This document shows positions 43,894 through 55,949 of a DNA stretch of 64,000 nucleotides, piece by piece (within the stretch, counting starts at the first letter, position 1; each line of letters starts with the position of its first letter). Under the pieces are notes generated by a model, which was given only the letters and a program-made list of their open reading frames with translations, did not search any database and was not told the origin of the DNA. The stretch is from Eledone cirrhosa (taxonomy: Eukaryota). Position numbers and translations under genes: made by a program. Location of the stretch: positions 232,376,001-232,440,000 of the forward strand of contig OZ024743.1 in assembly GCA_964016885.1 (NCBI GenBank). The letters are read 5' to 3'.

Positions 43894-43943
43894 GTATGTA
43901 TGTATGCATATATATATATATATATATAGATGAGATTCTACAG

Positions 43944-43983
43944 GACTAGAAGTGTTTCATTCTTTAGAAATCATCAGGAATCA
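43944..43983 (-). ncRNA. Possible small hammerhead relic
   Basis: Reverse complement gattc-CTGATGA-tTTC taaa GAAt-GAAA-cact-TC-tagtc; core boxes intact but stems I and III are weak. Confidence 0.4.
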
Positions 43984-44524
43984 GGAATATATATATATAT
44001 ATATATATAATAAAAGGACGATTTGTTATGCCTTTATTACGTTTACTAGCAGAAAACCACCCTAAGCGTGGTTTTCTGCTAGCATGTGTTGTTTGCATAT
44101 TGATATTATACACAAATATATATATGCATGTAAATAAAATCGTAATTGACAATATACACAGAAATTGAACGAAGACTGTGTTACACTGTCGTATGTAATC
44201 AGTAATGTAATGCATGATCTTTTAAAAAAAGACGATATTATATATAAACTGCATTAGGAGAAAATTAGTGACGGAAATATATGCGATTATAAGTGTTATA
44301 ATATGACGGCCGCTAACCGGAAGTGTTGACATTTCACAATTTTAAAGAAGTGAATCTTTGAATAAGCTATAAAATATATTTAATCAACAGCCACGAAATT
44401 TAGTAGATAAATTATATAATATTCATTCAAAGTAATCCAACTTATTTGACAAACAGGGTAAAAAAATATATTCTGGATGCAGTCCCGCACTCCTTTCTTT
44501 ATTATAGTTAAGATTGAGTAGTGA

Positions 44525-45000
44525 CTCCGGAATCAAAAGCTCGTTGGACCTCTGCTGTAGTAATGACAGAATGTTCGAAGAGATTTTGATTCCAGAGTCG
44601 GGCCAGATCGATACAGATCGAACATTGAGTTGATCAATAGCGAAACGCGCGTCACAACTCAATAAACGTAATGACGGCATGACAAATCGTCCTTTTATTA
44701 TTATATCTACACCATAATGCGGTGGATTGTCAGTATCGGTAGAGGGTCAGACGCCATGCTGTTCAGCATAGAGTTAGGGCCCTTATTATCTGATTTCAAA
44801 ACCCGCCGAGGTTAACTTTGCTTTTCATCCTTACGGGGTCGATAAAATAAAGTACCAGTAATACACTGCGATATTTGCTGGCCTTGTGCCAAAACTAGAA
44901 ACAATTACTATATCTACACCTCTTTACAGACTGAAAACCACGCGTCGAGTCCTCACTCGCGTGAACCTACAGTAACTGCACGTCACACTCCCTGTATATA
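44525..45000 (+). mobile_element. Family F element (hammerhead 44572-44656) interrupted by a SINE (44718-44910)
   Basis: TGT-tcgaaga-GATTTTGA...TCAATAGC-GAAA-CGCGCG-TC|ACA; 3' part gtgaacctacagtaactgca..cactccctg is shared with 32260-32295. Confidence 0.75.
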
Positions 45001-45039
45001 TGTGTATGTGTGTGTGTGCGTATATATATATATGTGTGT

Positions 45040-45089
<50 letters not shown>

Positions 45090-45276
45090 GTAGCGAGAAA
45101 GATCCCGTTCAACAGTTTATATGTAGTTCCTTAATTTCCGTCTCACTCCTTTCTGTTCGTTTCCGTTGTTGCCATATACAGGTGGGGAAGGGAGTGGAGC
45201 AACAGCAATCCAGAGCAGGAAACTGAACCCCTTGTATTATTTTATGTGTGCGTGTGTATGTGCACATAAATATATT

Positions 45277-45334
<58 letters not shown>

Positions 45335-45674
45335 CATATATATATATATTTGTGTGTGTGTGTTTTGTGTTTGTGAGTATGTGCGCTGTTTATGTCCGCC
45401 TCCAGAATTAATGATCAATATTCTCATTCCAAGAATTCCACACAAGCAATTCATTCCTGAACCTCACCTTGTTCTCATATCTTCTCTCTTCCACTCCCTC
45501 ACACACGCCATATGCATCTCTGTCTCTGTGTGTACGTGTGTTTTTTCCTGTGTGCATGTATATTTATATATATATATAACCAAAGATTAATATGGTTCAT
45601 TGATTACTTAATGAATACAGTTTTACAATAGATTAAAAGCACTCAACAATGATTAATATTCCTGGAGTTTTAAT

Positions 45675-46016
45675 ATTATTCAAAATATTAACAAATGAAG
45701 ATATTCACATAATCAAAATATATGCTTTATTATATATATTTCGAAGATACTGTGTTGTTGTTTTTTCAGTACGTCCTCGTCAGATTAAATATATGATTTG
45801 ATATATGACATACATCTACAGTTTTGATATTTCAATTCCAGTACTGCCAATACTGTAATTGAAATATCAAGACCGTAGAGGTATGTCATATATCAAATCA
45901 TATATTTCATCTGACGAGGACGTACTGGAAAAAAAAACACAGTACCTTCGAAATATATATAATAAAGCATATATCTTGATATGTGAATATCTTCATTTGT
46001 TAATATTTTGAATAAT
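45675..46016. repeat. Palindrome (~165-bp arms) with two outward-facing family H hammerheads (45720-45793 -, 45901-45972 +)
   Basis: CTGACGA-GGACGTACT..AGTACCTTC-GAAA-TATATA-TA on the + arm (AGTATCTTC on the - arm); apex ~45848; homologous to 35223-35500. Confidence 0.9.
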
Positions 46017-46033
46017 TATATATATATATATAT

Positions 46034-48000
46034 ACCACCTCCCAACAACACTTAATAATGAACATACCTTACTAGTAACCTTTGATGTCATCAATTTATA
46101 TTCCAATATCCCACACAACCTAGGTATAGAGGCAATACAATTCTGGATGGAAAATTTCCCTAGTGAACTCCCACAGCGCATCCCTAAAGAATTTGTGTTG
46201 GAGGGACTCAAATTCATCTTGGAAAATAATTTCTTCAGATTCAATGCCAAATACTACAGACAGAAATCTGGGACTGCCATGGGCACGAAAGTGGCCTCCT
46301 CATACGCCAACCTTGTCATGGGATATTGGGAAACCACTCTCTACCACAAAGTTATAGACAAATACGGCAACCACTTCTACCAACACATAGAAAATAACTG
46401 GAAGAGATATCTGGACGACTGCTTCATCCTCTAGCATGAAAGTATAGATAGACTGTTTGAGTTTAAAACCCTTCTGAATGGACTCAACACAAACTTACAA
46501 TTCACAATGGATTACAGCCATGAACAACTCCCTTTCCTCGACATCCTCATCAAGAAAACAAGCAACAAAATAGAAACAGACATATACTACAAACCCACAG
46601 ACTCCAAACAATACCTTCCATTCAACTCGTGCCTCCCTAGACACACCGAAATGGTAAATCCTTATAACCTAGCCAGAAGGATCTGCACAATAGTTTCAGA
46701 TAAATACACATGCAACACACGACTAGAAGAATTAAAAAACACACTTATCAGCAGAAACTACCCACCATCCCTAATCACCAATGGATTCCAACGTGCCCTA
46801 AAACTAGATATCCAGGAACTAGGACACCCCAAACCCAGGAATGAACGGCAACAAAAAGCTCTACCATACATCTCCACACACAACCCCCTCAACAATGAGG
46901 CATTCGACACCATCCTCTAGAACATTCCTTTACTAAAAAGAGACTCAAGAATGAACAAAATCCTCCAAACACACAACATCATAAAGAGCAAAAGACAACC
47001 TAAATCCATAAAAAACATCCTCACACAAGCCAAAATCCAACAAACCCTCACAATGAACCCTATAGTAACAAAATGCGACAGGCCCAACTGTGGTATATGC
47101 ATAAATCTAATAGAAGGTTCAACATTCCATTTTAAACAAGGACAGCGTTTCACAGTTAAAACAACTTTACAAGTGCATCTGAAACCCTCATCTATGTTTT
47201 AACCTGCTCAGGTTTTCAAGAGCACTACATAGGACAGACAAAAAACAGCCTCCATCAACGTATGACCGGCCATACATCACAAATTAAAATACAGGAATTC
47301 AGAAAGATTGCATTTAGTGAACATATCGACAATTGTGCTCACAACCAACATCCAAACTTTAAAATGTTCCCTATTTATAAATTCATAGAGAACGCTACTT
47401 TCATCCAACGTACCAATAAGGAAACATATTTCATTAACAAATTCCAACTCCCACTTAATGCTCTAAAAATCGGACCAATCTAAAACTGCAACAAACAATC
47501 AAACATTTACAAGAGTTACCTCCCTCACACCCTACCTAATCATTTTTCTTAAATAAATTAAATATCATCCAGCAAGAATTGCTTCCCCCTGCATATTAAC
47601 TCTCTAAAAAGGGAAATCATATCAGACCTCAGTCCACCATTTGCCTCCACCATGGAATCATGGATCAACTAAGCACTCTTGCTATATTAACACATTTTGA
47701 TCTGCTTAACTTCAAGAACTATGCCTGTAAATAACATTATTTGTTCTTCCACATTGACTTTTTATGCTCTACATTGTGCACGTTTTTTTCCTTTTTCTTT
47801 TTTCTTTTTTCTTTTTACTTCATAAACCTTGTTTGTAAATAACATTATTCTTTCTGCACCTTCTGTTTAACGTGTGTGACACCACACTAATATATTTCAC
47901 TAACATTTGATAATGCATAAAAACGCTGAAACCGGTAATAGACAATTATTAAATATATAAATAGATAAATAAATGCCATTGTTAAATAATAAACAAATCA
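46034..48000 (+). mobile_element. Penelope-like element (third coding family), 5'-truncated
   Basis: LVTFDVINLYSNI, QKSGTAMGT, WKRYLDD, LPFLDI, YYKPTDS, CxxxxCxxC, HYIGQT..LHQRMTGH; decayed hammerhead ttgataa-tgc..gct-GAAA-CCGG-TA at 47903-47942. Confidence 0.92.
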
Positions 48001-48127
48001 ACTAATACCTTAACACTTCACACAAAGTAAAACATTTCGTTTTGATCATTTTCTAACCCAGAAAAGAGAGGGATATATATATACAAATATAAATTCAGCG
48101 AGAATCGTATATATATATATATATATA

Positions 48128-48179
<52 letters not shown>

Positions 48180-48315
48180 ATGTATATATGTGTGTGTGAG
48201 TTTGTGTGTTTGTATGTGTATGTATTTATACCACTCTGGTTGTGTATGTGTGCTTGTGTACGTTTTTCTGACACTCTTTATGTGTGTATCTGTCCATGTA
48301 CTTACATGTCTATTA

Positions 48316-48416
<101 letters not shown>

Positions 48417-49679
48417 GTGTGTGTGTGCGTGTGTGTGTGAGCGTGTATGTGTGTCTGTTCGTGTTTGTGTGTGTATGTGTGAGAGAGAGAGACTGAATAT
48501 GACCATATTTGTATAGCCTCCATTAACTGGTTGGTCGGTTGATTCATTCTTATATCCCTTTCCTTCATCTTCCTCATTAAATGAATATCATTATTGGTTA
48601 GGGTTCTTTTAACAAATCCAGTACATTGCAAATTAGAAATACGAGAGTGAAACTGACACCCCATGTCCTTTCACTTTCCAAAAGAGGTCCTAACATCTAA
48701 GTATCAAGATATATAATATAACACTTTAAACTATTGTTTGTTTTATATTTATATTTCTTACATTACTCTACTTTATTTTTCATTCTTTTATTTCTAATTT
48801 ACATTATATCCGCTTTCCCAAAATAATCCTTGCCACATATCTCACAATGCCTTATATAAAATAGACTGCGTAACATCATTATTGTACCAGCTATTATTTT
48901 GTTGTTGTTCTTCTTGTTATTCTTTTTGTAATTAGATTTTTTTAAATTTATTATTGGTTTCGATTTGTTCCCTCGTTCTAACCCATCCTCTTTGCTTGCT
49001 CCCTCCCACTATTCCTTCCAACCGTGTCTTAACCGTCCTTTCTACTACGTATACAAAAGGGTCTCAGATATGTAATGTTATGAGTTGAAAACATTCTATT
49101 AAACTAGATTACTCATCTATTCAATAGAGAATCATTCCCTAGGGGGATTTTAAACTGTTAATATATCAACAAACAAGGTAGACAACCCATGTTAATCAAA
49201 TAACTAATCAATATACTCTATAAACCGAATCACATCAATCTGCAGCATCATTATTTTCCAAATATTTCAATTAATTGAATTTATTGGTGTTACCTCCCTT
49301 ACACAATGACTTTAACAAAAGAACACTCTCAACAGGTCTGAGGTCACAAACAATACAATCATACATACAAATGATTATATCCTCAACACAGAAAATATTC
49401 TGGTATAAACGAAAGCTCCAGTAGATTGGGTGTATCAAAATATGGTGGAATCTCCACTGCCGCAAGAAATAATTCATGTGAGTTGTCTAGAAGCATAAGA
49501 AATCAAAATAGAGCTACCGTTAATACAAGAACGTGGTTAAATATAACAACAGAAGATAAAATATCAGTACACACAACTATACAATATAAACCAGTGAGGG
49601 AGAATGATTTAATGCATAGTTTCTACTTACGCCTGATGACATCTCATGTGGACTGTCATCGATGAACAAAACTTTAGAA

Positions 49680-49813
<134 letters not shown>

Positions 49814-50389
49814 TATGTATGTGTGTGTGTGTGTCCATCTATGTATGTATATATTGCATGTGTGTGTATGATTACATATGTGTGTGTACATATGTTATAC
49901 ATACGTACAAACATGCATACAACTATATACACTTACATGCATTCAAGCTCGTTGCAATTCGATTTAGAGTAACGCTATCGTTTGATACTTAAGCAAAACA
50001 ACCAATTACGTTTTTAGTCTTGTTATGGCCAGTCATGTCGGAGATCGCGAAAATGTTACATATCAAGTAATCCCTGGTATTCAAGATTTTTAAGTGAGGA
50101 AAGGCTTTGCACAGAGCCAATCCTACTCTCTGAACATCAAATGCATTTACCCAAAATGTAGAACTGGTATACATCATTGGAGGCAAACGAAGTCGCAGGT
50201 TTTATATCAGAGTGACCTTCTCCTAGAGAGATGTCTTAATGAAGACTAGGAGTCTATCGATCTACAAATCTAATATACTTTATTGAATGGCCGTTGACAC
50301 TCCTGAGTTCCCCTCCCTTTGAATACATAAATACATTCATACATACATACATACACACATACATATATACATACATGCACACCTATATA

Positions 50390-50465
50390 TTGGTTCGTTA
50401 AGTATGAAATTTGTAGAAATTTGTTTTTTGTTTATCGATTTCTACAAATTTCATACTTGACGACA
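50390..50465. repeat. Short inverted repeat (~26-bp arms)
   Basis: tcgttaagtatgaaatttgtagaaat ... atttctacaaatttcatacttgacga. Confidence 0.75.
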
Positions 50466-50661
50466 CAATGCATGCATGCATACATACGTCATCATCATCT
50501 GGTCGTACATAAACATTCATACATACATGCATACATTCAAACATACATACATACATACATAATTACATACATGATGGATGCCCCCTCATTATCGAGTATG
50601 GCCATTGCACGAGGAGAAAAAAAATAAATAAATAAATAAAAAATAAAATTTAAAAAAAAAG

Positions 50662-50696
<35 letters not shown>

Positions 50697-50752
50697 CACA
50701 CATACATACACATATACACACACACACATATACACACACATACATTAATAAC

Positions 50753-50790
<38 letters not shown>

Positions 50791-50899
50791 CAATAATAAT
50801 AACGACAACAACAATAATAATATACATATACATATATATATACACATACACGCACACACATAAGCATATCTATACACACACACACACACACGATAGCAA

Positions 50900-53800
50900 C
50901 TAACAGCGCTGCGATCGATTGTGGCTTTTGAGCCCAGCCAATGATCTAAAATGTCTTGCACAGAGTCGGCAACGAAAACATTCACTGGGAATAGTCGGCT
51001 GGGGTTGGAGTTCGTGTACTTTTGCATGTCGCTTGAGCCCTCCTGCTGATTTACATTCTCTACCACATGTTTGGCAAGCATGATGAGTAGCATCTCCAAC
51101 AGCAGCCTGGTAGTCAACCACTGGTCTTACTTTATGACTGCGAAGATGACTTTCGAGTCCAGCTTTGCTTAGGCAGAGTCTCGCACAGACGCTGCATGTC
51201 AGCACCATAGGAGGACCCTCGCCGTCTGGAAGTGCAACAGCAATGCCCTTCTTCACGTCCCGCTTTACTTTCTCGTATGCGATTCGAGATGCCTCAAAGG
51301 CAACTTTTCCCTCATATACAGTCTTTCTCCATTTATTACGATCAGCAGCAATATTTTCCCATGATTCAGCAGAGATGTTAGCGTCTTTCAGAGAGGCTTT
51401 CAAGGAATCCTTATACCTCTTTTTTGGTTTATGTGGCGGTCGTTTTCCTTTAACCAACTCTCCATAAAAGAGTTGTTTTGGTATTCTAGAATCCTTCATC
51501 CTGGCAAGGTGACCACTCCAACGGAGTCGTTGCTTAAGCACAAGAGCTTCTATACTGTCACACATAGAGCTTTCCAAAATCTCGACATCACTGATGTGGT
51601 CCCTCCAGTGAACGCCATGGATCCGTCTGAAACACATCTGAGGGAAACGCTCCAATTGCTTAAGGTGGTGTCGATATGTGACCCAGGTCTCGCAGGCATA
51701 AAGAAGACAAGAGAGCACACATGCCCTGTACACCTTTACCTTTGTCCTCCTGCATATGTCTCGCCGACCCCAGAGTCGCCTTTCTAGCTTTCCGAAAGCA
51801 TCACTTGCTTTCCTAATCCTAAGTGAGATTTCACAGTCCTTCCCAGGTAGACAATCTGATCAACCACTCCAAGTCGTTTCCCAGACACATAGATGTTTGG
51901 TTCAGTGTACTTCTTACCAGGGGCAGGTTGGTACATGACAACGGTTTTCTTGAGACTGACAGTCAAACCTAGGGCAGTGCAAGCGTCAGAAAATACTTCA
52001 AAATGTGCTGCATATCACTCTCTGTATGCGCTACAAGATCGCAATCATCTGCATACAAGATGTCTCTTATGATTGATGTAAATACTTTTGTCTTCGCAGC
52101 AAAGTACCTGATGTTAAATATGCTGCCTGAGGTTCGATATCGAATGTAAACACCATTCTCGCAATTCCTGAATGCAATACAGAAAACCATTGCAAAGTAT
52201 ATGGCAAACAGGGCCTGTGCTGGAATATCCCCCTGTTTCACTCCATTTTTTACTGAGATAGGCTCCGAAATGTTACCTCTGACATTAACCCAAGCCTTCA
52301 TGTCGTCATGGAAAGACCTAGCTAAAGCAAGGAACTTATCAGGGCAACCAAGTTTCTGGAGAATCTTCCATAATCTTCCATCTCTGTTAACAGTATCGAA
52401 AGCTTTTGTCAGATCGACAAAACCTGATACAGATCCAAGCCTTGTTCCATGCACTTCTCCTGGAGCTGTTTAGCTGAGAAGATCATATCAGTAGTGCCAC
52501 GTCCAGCACGAAAACCAGATTGACTTTCAGGAAGAACACAATCTGCAATGTGTGTCAGCAGACGGTCCAGAAGCACCCTACATAAAACTTTCCCTACGAC
52601 AGAAAGCAATGATATACCTCTGTAGTTCCCACAATCATTCCTGTTACGGATTCATTAGCCCATATTCGGTACGGATTCATTAGCCCATATCCTGCCAAAC
52701 AAAGAGTGAAGATGTTGCAGGAGTCTCTCACCACCATATTGTAGGAGCTCAGCATGTGTGCCATCCATACCTGGAGATCTTCCACTGTTCAGCTTCGAAA
52801 TAGCCACTGCAACCTCCACAAGCGTCGGAGGTTCTGCGAGAGCTACTTTCACAGGACTTTCTGGAATGAGATTGAGGAAATCTTCACTGACGACAGACGG
52901 CTGATTCAAAAGATCATCAAAGTGCTCTCGCCACCTTCGTAGAATTCCTTGTGAGTCACGAAGAAGCTCTTTGCCATCCTTGCTGCGAAGCGGTGTCACC
53001 AGAGAAGAAGACGGTCCATAAACCTCACGCAAGAGACTGTACAACAGCTTTGTGTTATTGGAATCAGACGCAGTTTGTATCTCACCAGCCTTCTCACTCC
53101 ACCACTGATCCTTCATCTGAGAAAGACTCCGCCTAACACGTGATTTTACATCCCTGAGTTCCTCATGTAACGTATTCCTCTCCTGTGGTTTTGCCGTCAA
53201 GTAGCGTGACAGAGCACGCCTCTTATCAGCGAACAAGTCTTCTATATGTACATCATTCTCATTAAACCAGTCCTGATGTTTTCTCTGCACCAATCCCAGA
53301 ACACGCCTGCCTACATCATAAACCGACTTTTTAAGGGTCGGGCAATCCTCACCAAGATCTGCAGCCTGCATCTCTTCTTCCAATGTCCTCTTCACATTTT
53401 TCTCCTTAAGACGAGCAGCATTCAATCTTTTGGGCAGGGCAACACCAGGAGCCCGGATTTTACGTTTAGTGATTAGTTTCACTTTTGCGCGTACCAGGCG
53501 GTGGTCCGTCCAGCACTCAACTCCACGAAGAACACTAACGCACTGCACATCCTGTCTGTCACGCATCCTGACTAGGACGTAGTCCAAAAGATGCCATTCC
53601 TTAGATGCAGGATGCATCCATGTGGTCTTGAATTTGTTCTTTTGTTGGAACATGGTGTTGGTAACACACAGATCCAGCTCCTCACACATCTGCAGCAGGA
53701 GCATACCATTGTTGTTACACTTTCCCACCCCATGCCTTCCGATTACATTCCATGTTTTAAAATCCCTACCCACTCTAGCATTAAAGTCACCAAGCACGAT

Positions 53801-54400
53801 GACTTTGTCTGCCTGAGGGATATTTCTTAAAACATCTTTCAAGGCATGGTAAAAGGACATTTTTTCTTCATCGACAGAATTCATAGTTGGAGCATACACA
53901 CTCACCAGGGTAGCATATCTTCCTATGTCATGGACATAAGACGCTCACTAATCCCTACTGGGAATTCTTCTAATTTATTCACAAGTACAGTCTTAACAGC
54001 AAATCCTACCCAGCCTCTCTTCTGGTTCCTTCATCTCTTCCTTTCCAGAAGAATGTATATTCTCAACAAAATTCTGTAAGATGACCATCTCCAGCTAACC
54101 TCGTCTCAGATAAAGCCACGATGTCAAGATCGTAACGTCGAAGCTCCTTTGCAACAAGAGCGATCCTTCGTTCAGGACGCTCCAAGGAATCCCTGTCAAG
54201 CAGCGTCCGTACGTTCCAGCAGCCAAGACTAAATGCCTTGTTTGGCTCTATTACAATGGCACGATGACGAGCGGGCCCAGGCTGTGATAACCTGGGGCCC
54301 CTGCCCTTATTGCCAATTATCTTTTTTGTTCCAGAACCTAAATTGCCAATTATCTCTTTTATATTGTTCTGGAACATCATTGAATTGGGAAAAAAAAAAA
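50900..54400 (-). mobile_element. RTE-clade LINE copy 2, near full length (APE + RT + 3 C2H2), frameshifted
   Basis: WNVRTLLD, ALSETR, SVYAPT, LGDFNARVG, LDY, TDH, then the same RT and zinc-finger region as copy 1. Confidence 0.95.
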
Positions 54401-54890
54401 AGAAAAGAAAGTAATAATAATAGTAATAATAATAATAATCATAGTAGAACACTATTAATAATTATTAATGCACTCGTGCAATGCCTGTGCGTGACGAATA
54501 TTTTTAAAGTGAGGAAAGACTGTGCACTGATCCAATCCCACTCTCTGAGCGACAGTAGCTATAACCCGAAAAGAAGAAAAGATCAACATCATCGGTAACT
54601 ACTGAGCCGCAGGTTTTATGTCGGAGTTAACCCAGTTTCCTGAGATGCCTTCTCCTAGAAGAATTCCCTGACAAGGGCTAGGGGTTCTTCACTCCCAGTG
54701 GTTTAACTGCGCGATCGGGCATCCAGCCCGATTATCTCTGTCTCCGCGCAAAAAACAAAAAAAAAATCACTTATTGACACTTATACGTACGACATACACA
54801 CACGCGCATACATATGCGCGCACACACACGCATACATACGCGCGCACACAGCAACACTCATACATACCAACACACACACGCTACTCACTT

Positions 54891-54936
<46 letters not shown>

Positions 54937-55044
54937 CCGTCATTACTGATACAAGATTACAAGATTATGTCAACTGTTGACTGTCAAGAGTTTGTATAGT
55001 TGAAGCCGATCGTATTACAGTCCAGTATTATTATAATTGCTTTA

Positions 55045-55195
55045 CAGCATAGAGTTATGGCTCTCCACGCTCTGAGCTTAAATCCCGCCGAGGTCAACCT
55101 TGCCTTTCATCCCCACGGAGTCAACAAAAGAGAGTACCAGTGATGCGCTGGGCCAGTCGCTGGATCCCTGCCAAAAGCAGAAAAATTATTATTAA
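55045..55195 (+). mobile_element. Diverged SINE copy
   Basis: aatcccgccgaggtcaaccttgcctttcatccccacggagtcaacaaaagagagtaccag. Confidence 0.7.
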
Positions 55196-55775
55196 AATTG
55201 TTTTCTTAAGGCCCGGTCGCTGGTGATGGTGATGGCGGCGGTGGTGGTGGTGATGGCGGTGGTGGTGGTGGTGGCAGTTGATGTTGTTGTAGTGTTGTGT
55301 GCGTTTTGTTATTTTGAGTTTTTTTTTTTTTTTGTTTTTTTTTGTTTTTTGTTTTTTTTTATCTTTTGATGCCGCTGTTGTTGTTGTTGTAAATGTTCAT
55401 TTTAGTTCATTCTGAAGCTGTTGTTGCTGTAAACATTAGTGCCGGTGTTGTTGTTGTAGATGTTGGGGTTGAAATCTGGTCGTTTGACTGAGTGATGTAT
55501 ATACACACATATACATACATATATATATATATATACACATTCAACAGAGAGTAGAGAATTTGACAACAGGTCGATGACTTTAGTCTAGATAGGGTAATGA
55601 CACGTGATGGTGGGGAGAGAGTGTAGACGTTATTGTCGTGGCGGGGGACAGTGAGATATATCTAGTTCATTTGACCATTTTCTTCTTTTTGCAAAATTTG
55701 AATGTTAGCCATACATACATACATACATACATACATACATACATACATACATACATACATACATACATACATACA

Positions 55776-55806
<31 letters not shown>

Positions 55807-55949
55807 TGCCGGAATTGCCTGATTATTAATATTTTATTAAATGCCGTAAAAATTCATTCTGCTTCTTTCGCGCCAGCCTAATATTTTTACGTCTATCTTG
55901 TTGACTAGGCTGACGGAGCATCATTATTTATGTTTGCATGGCGGTGGTA

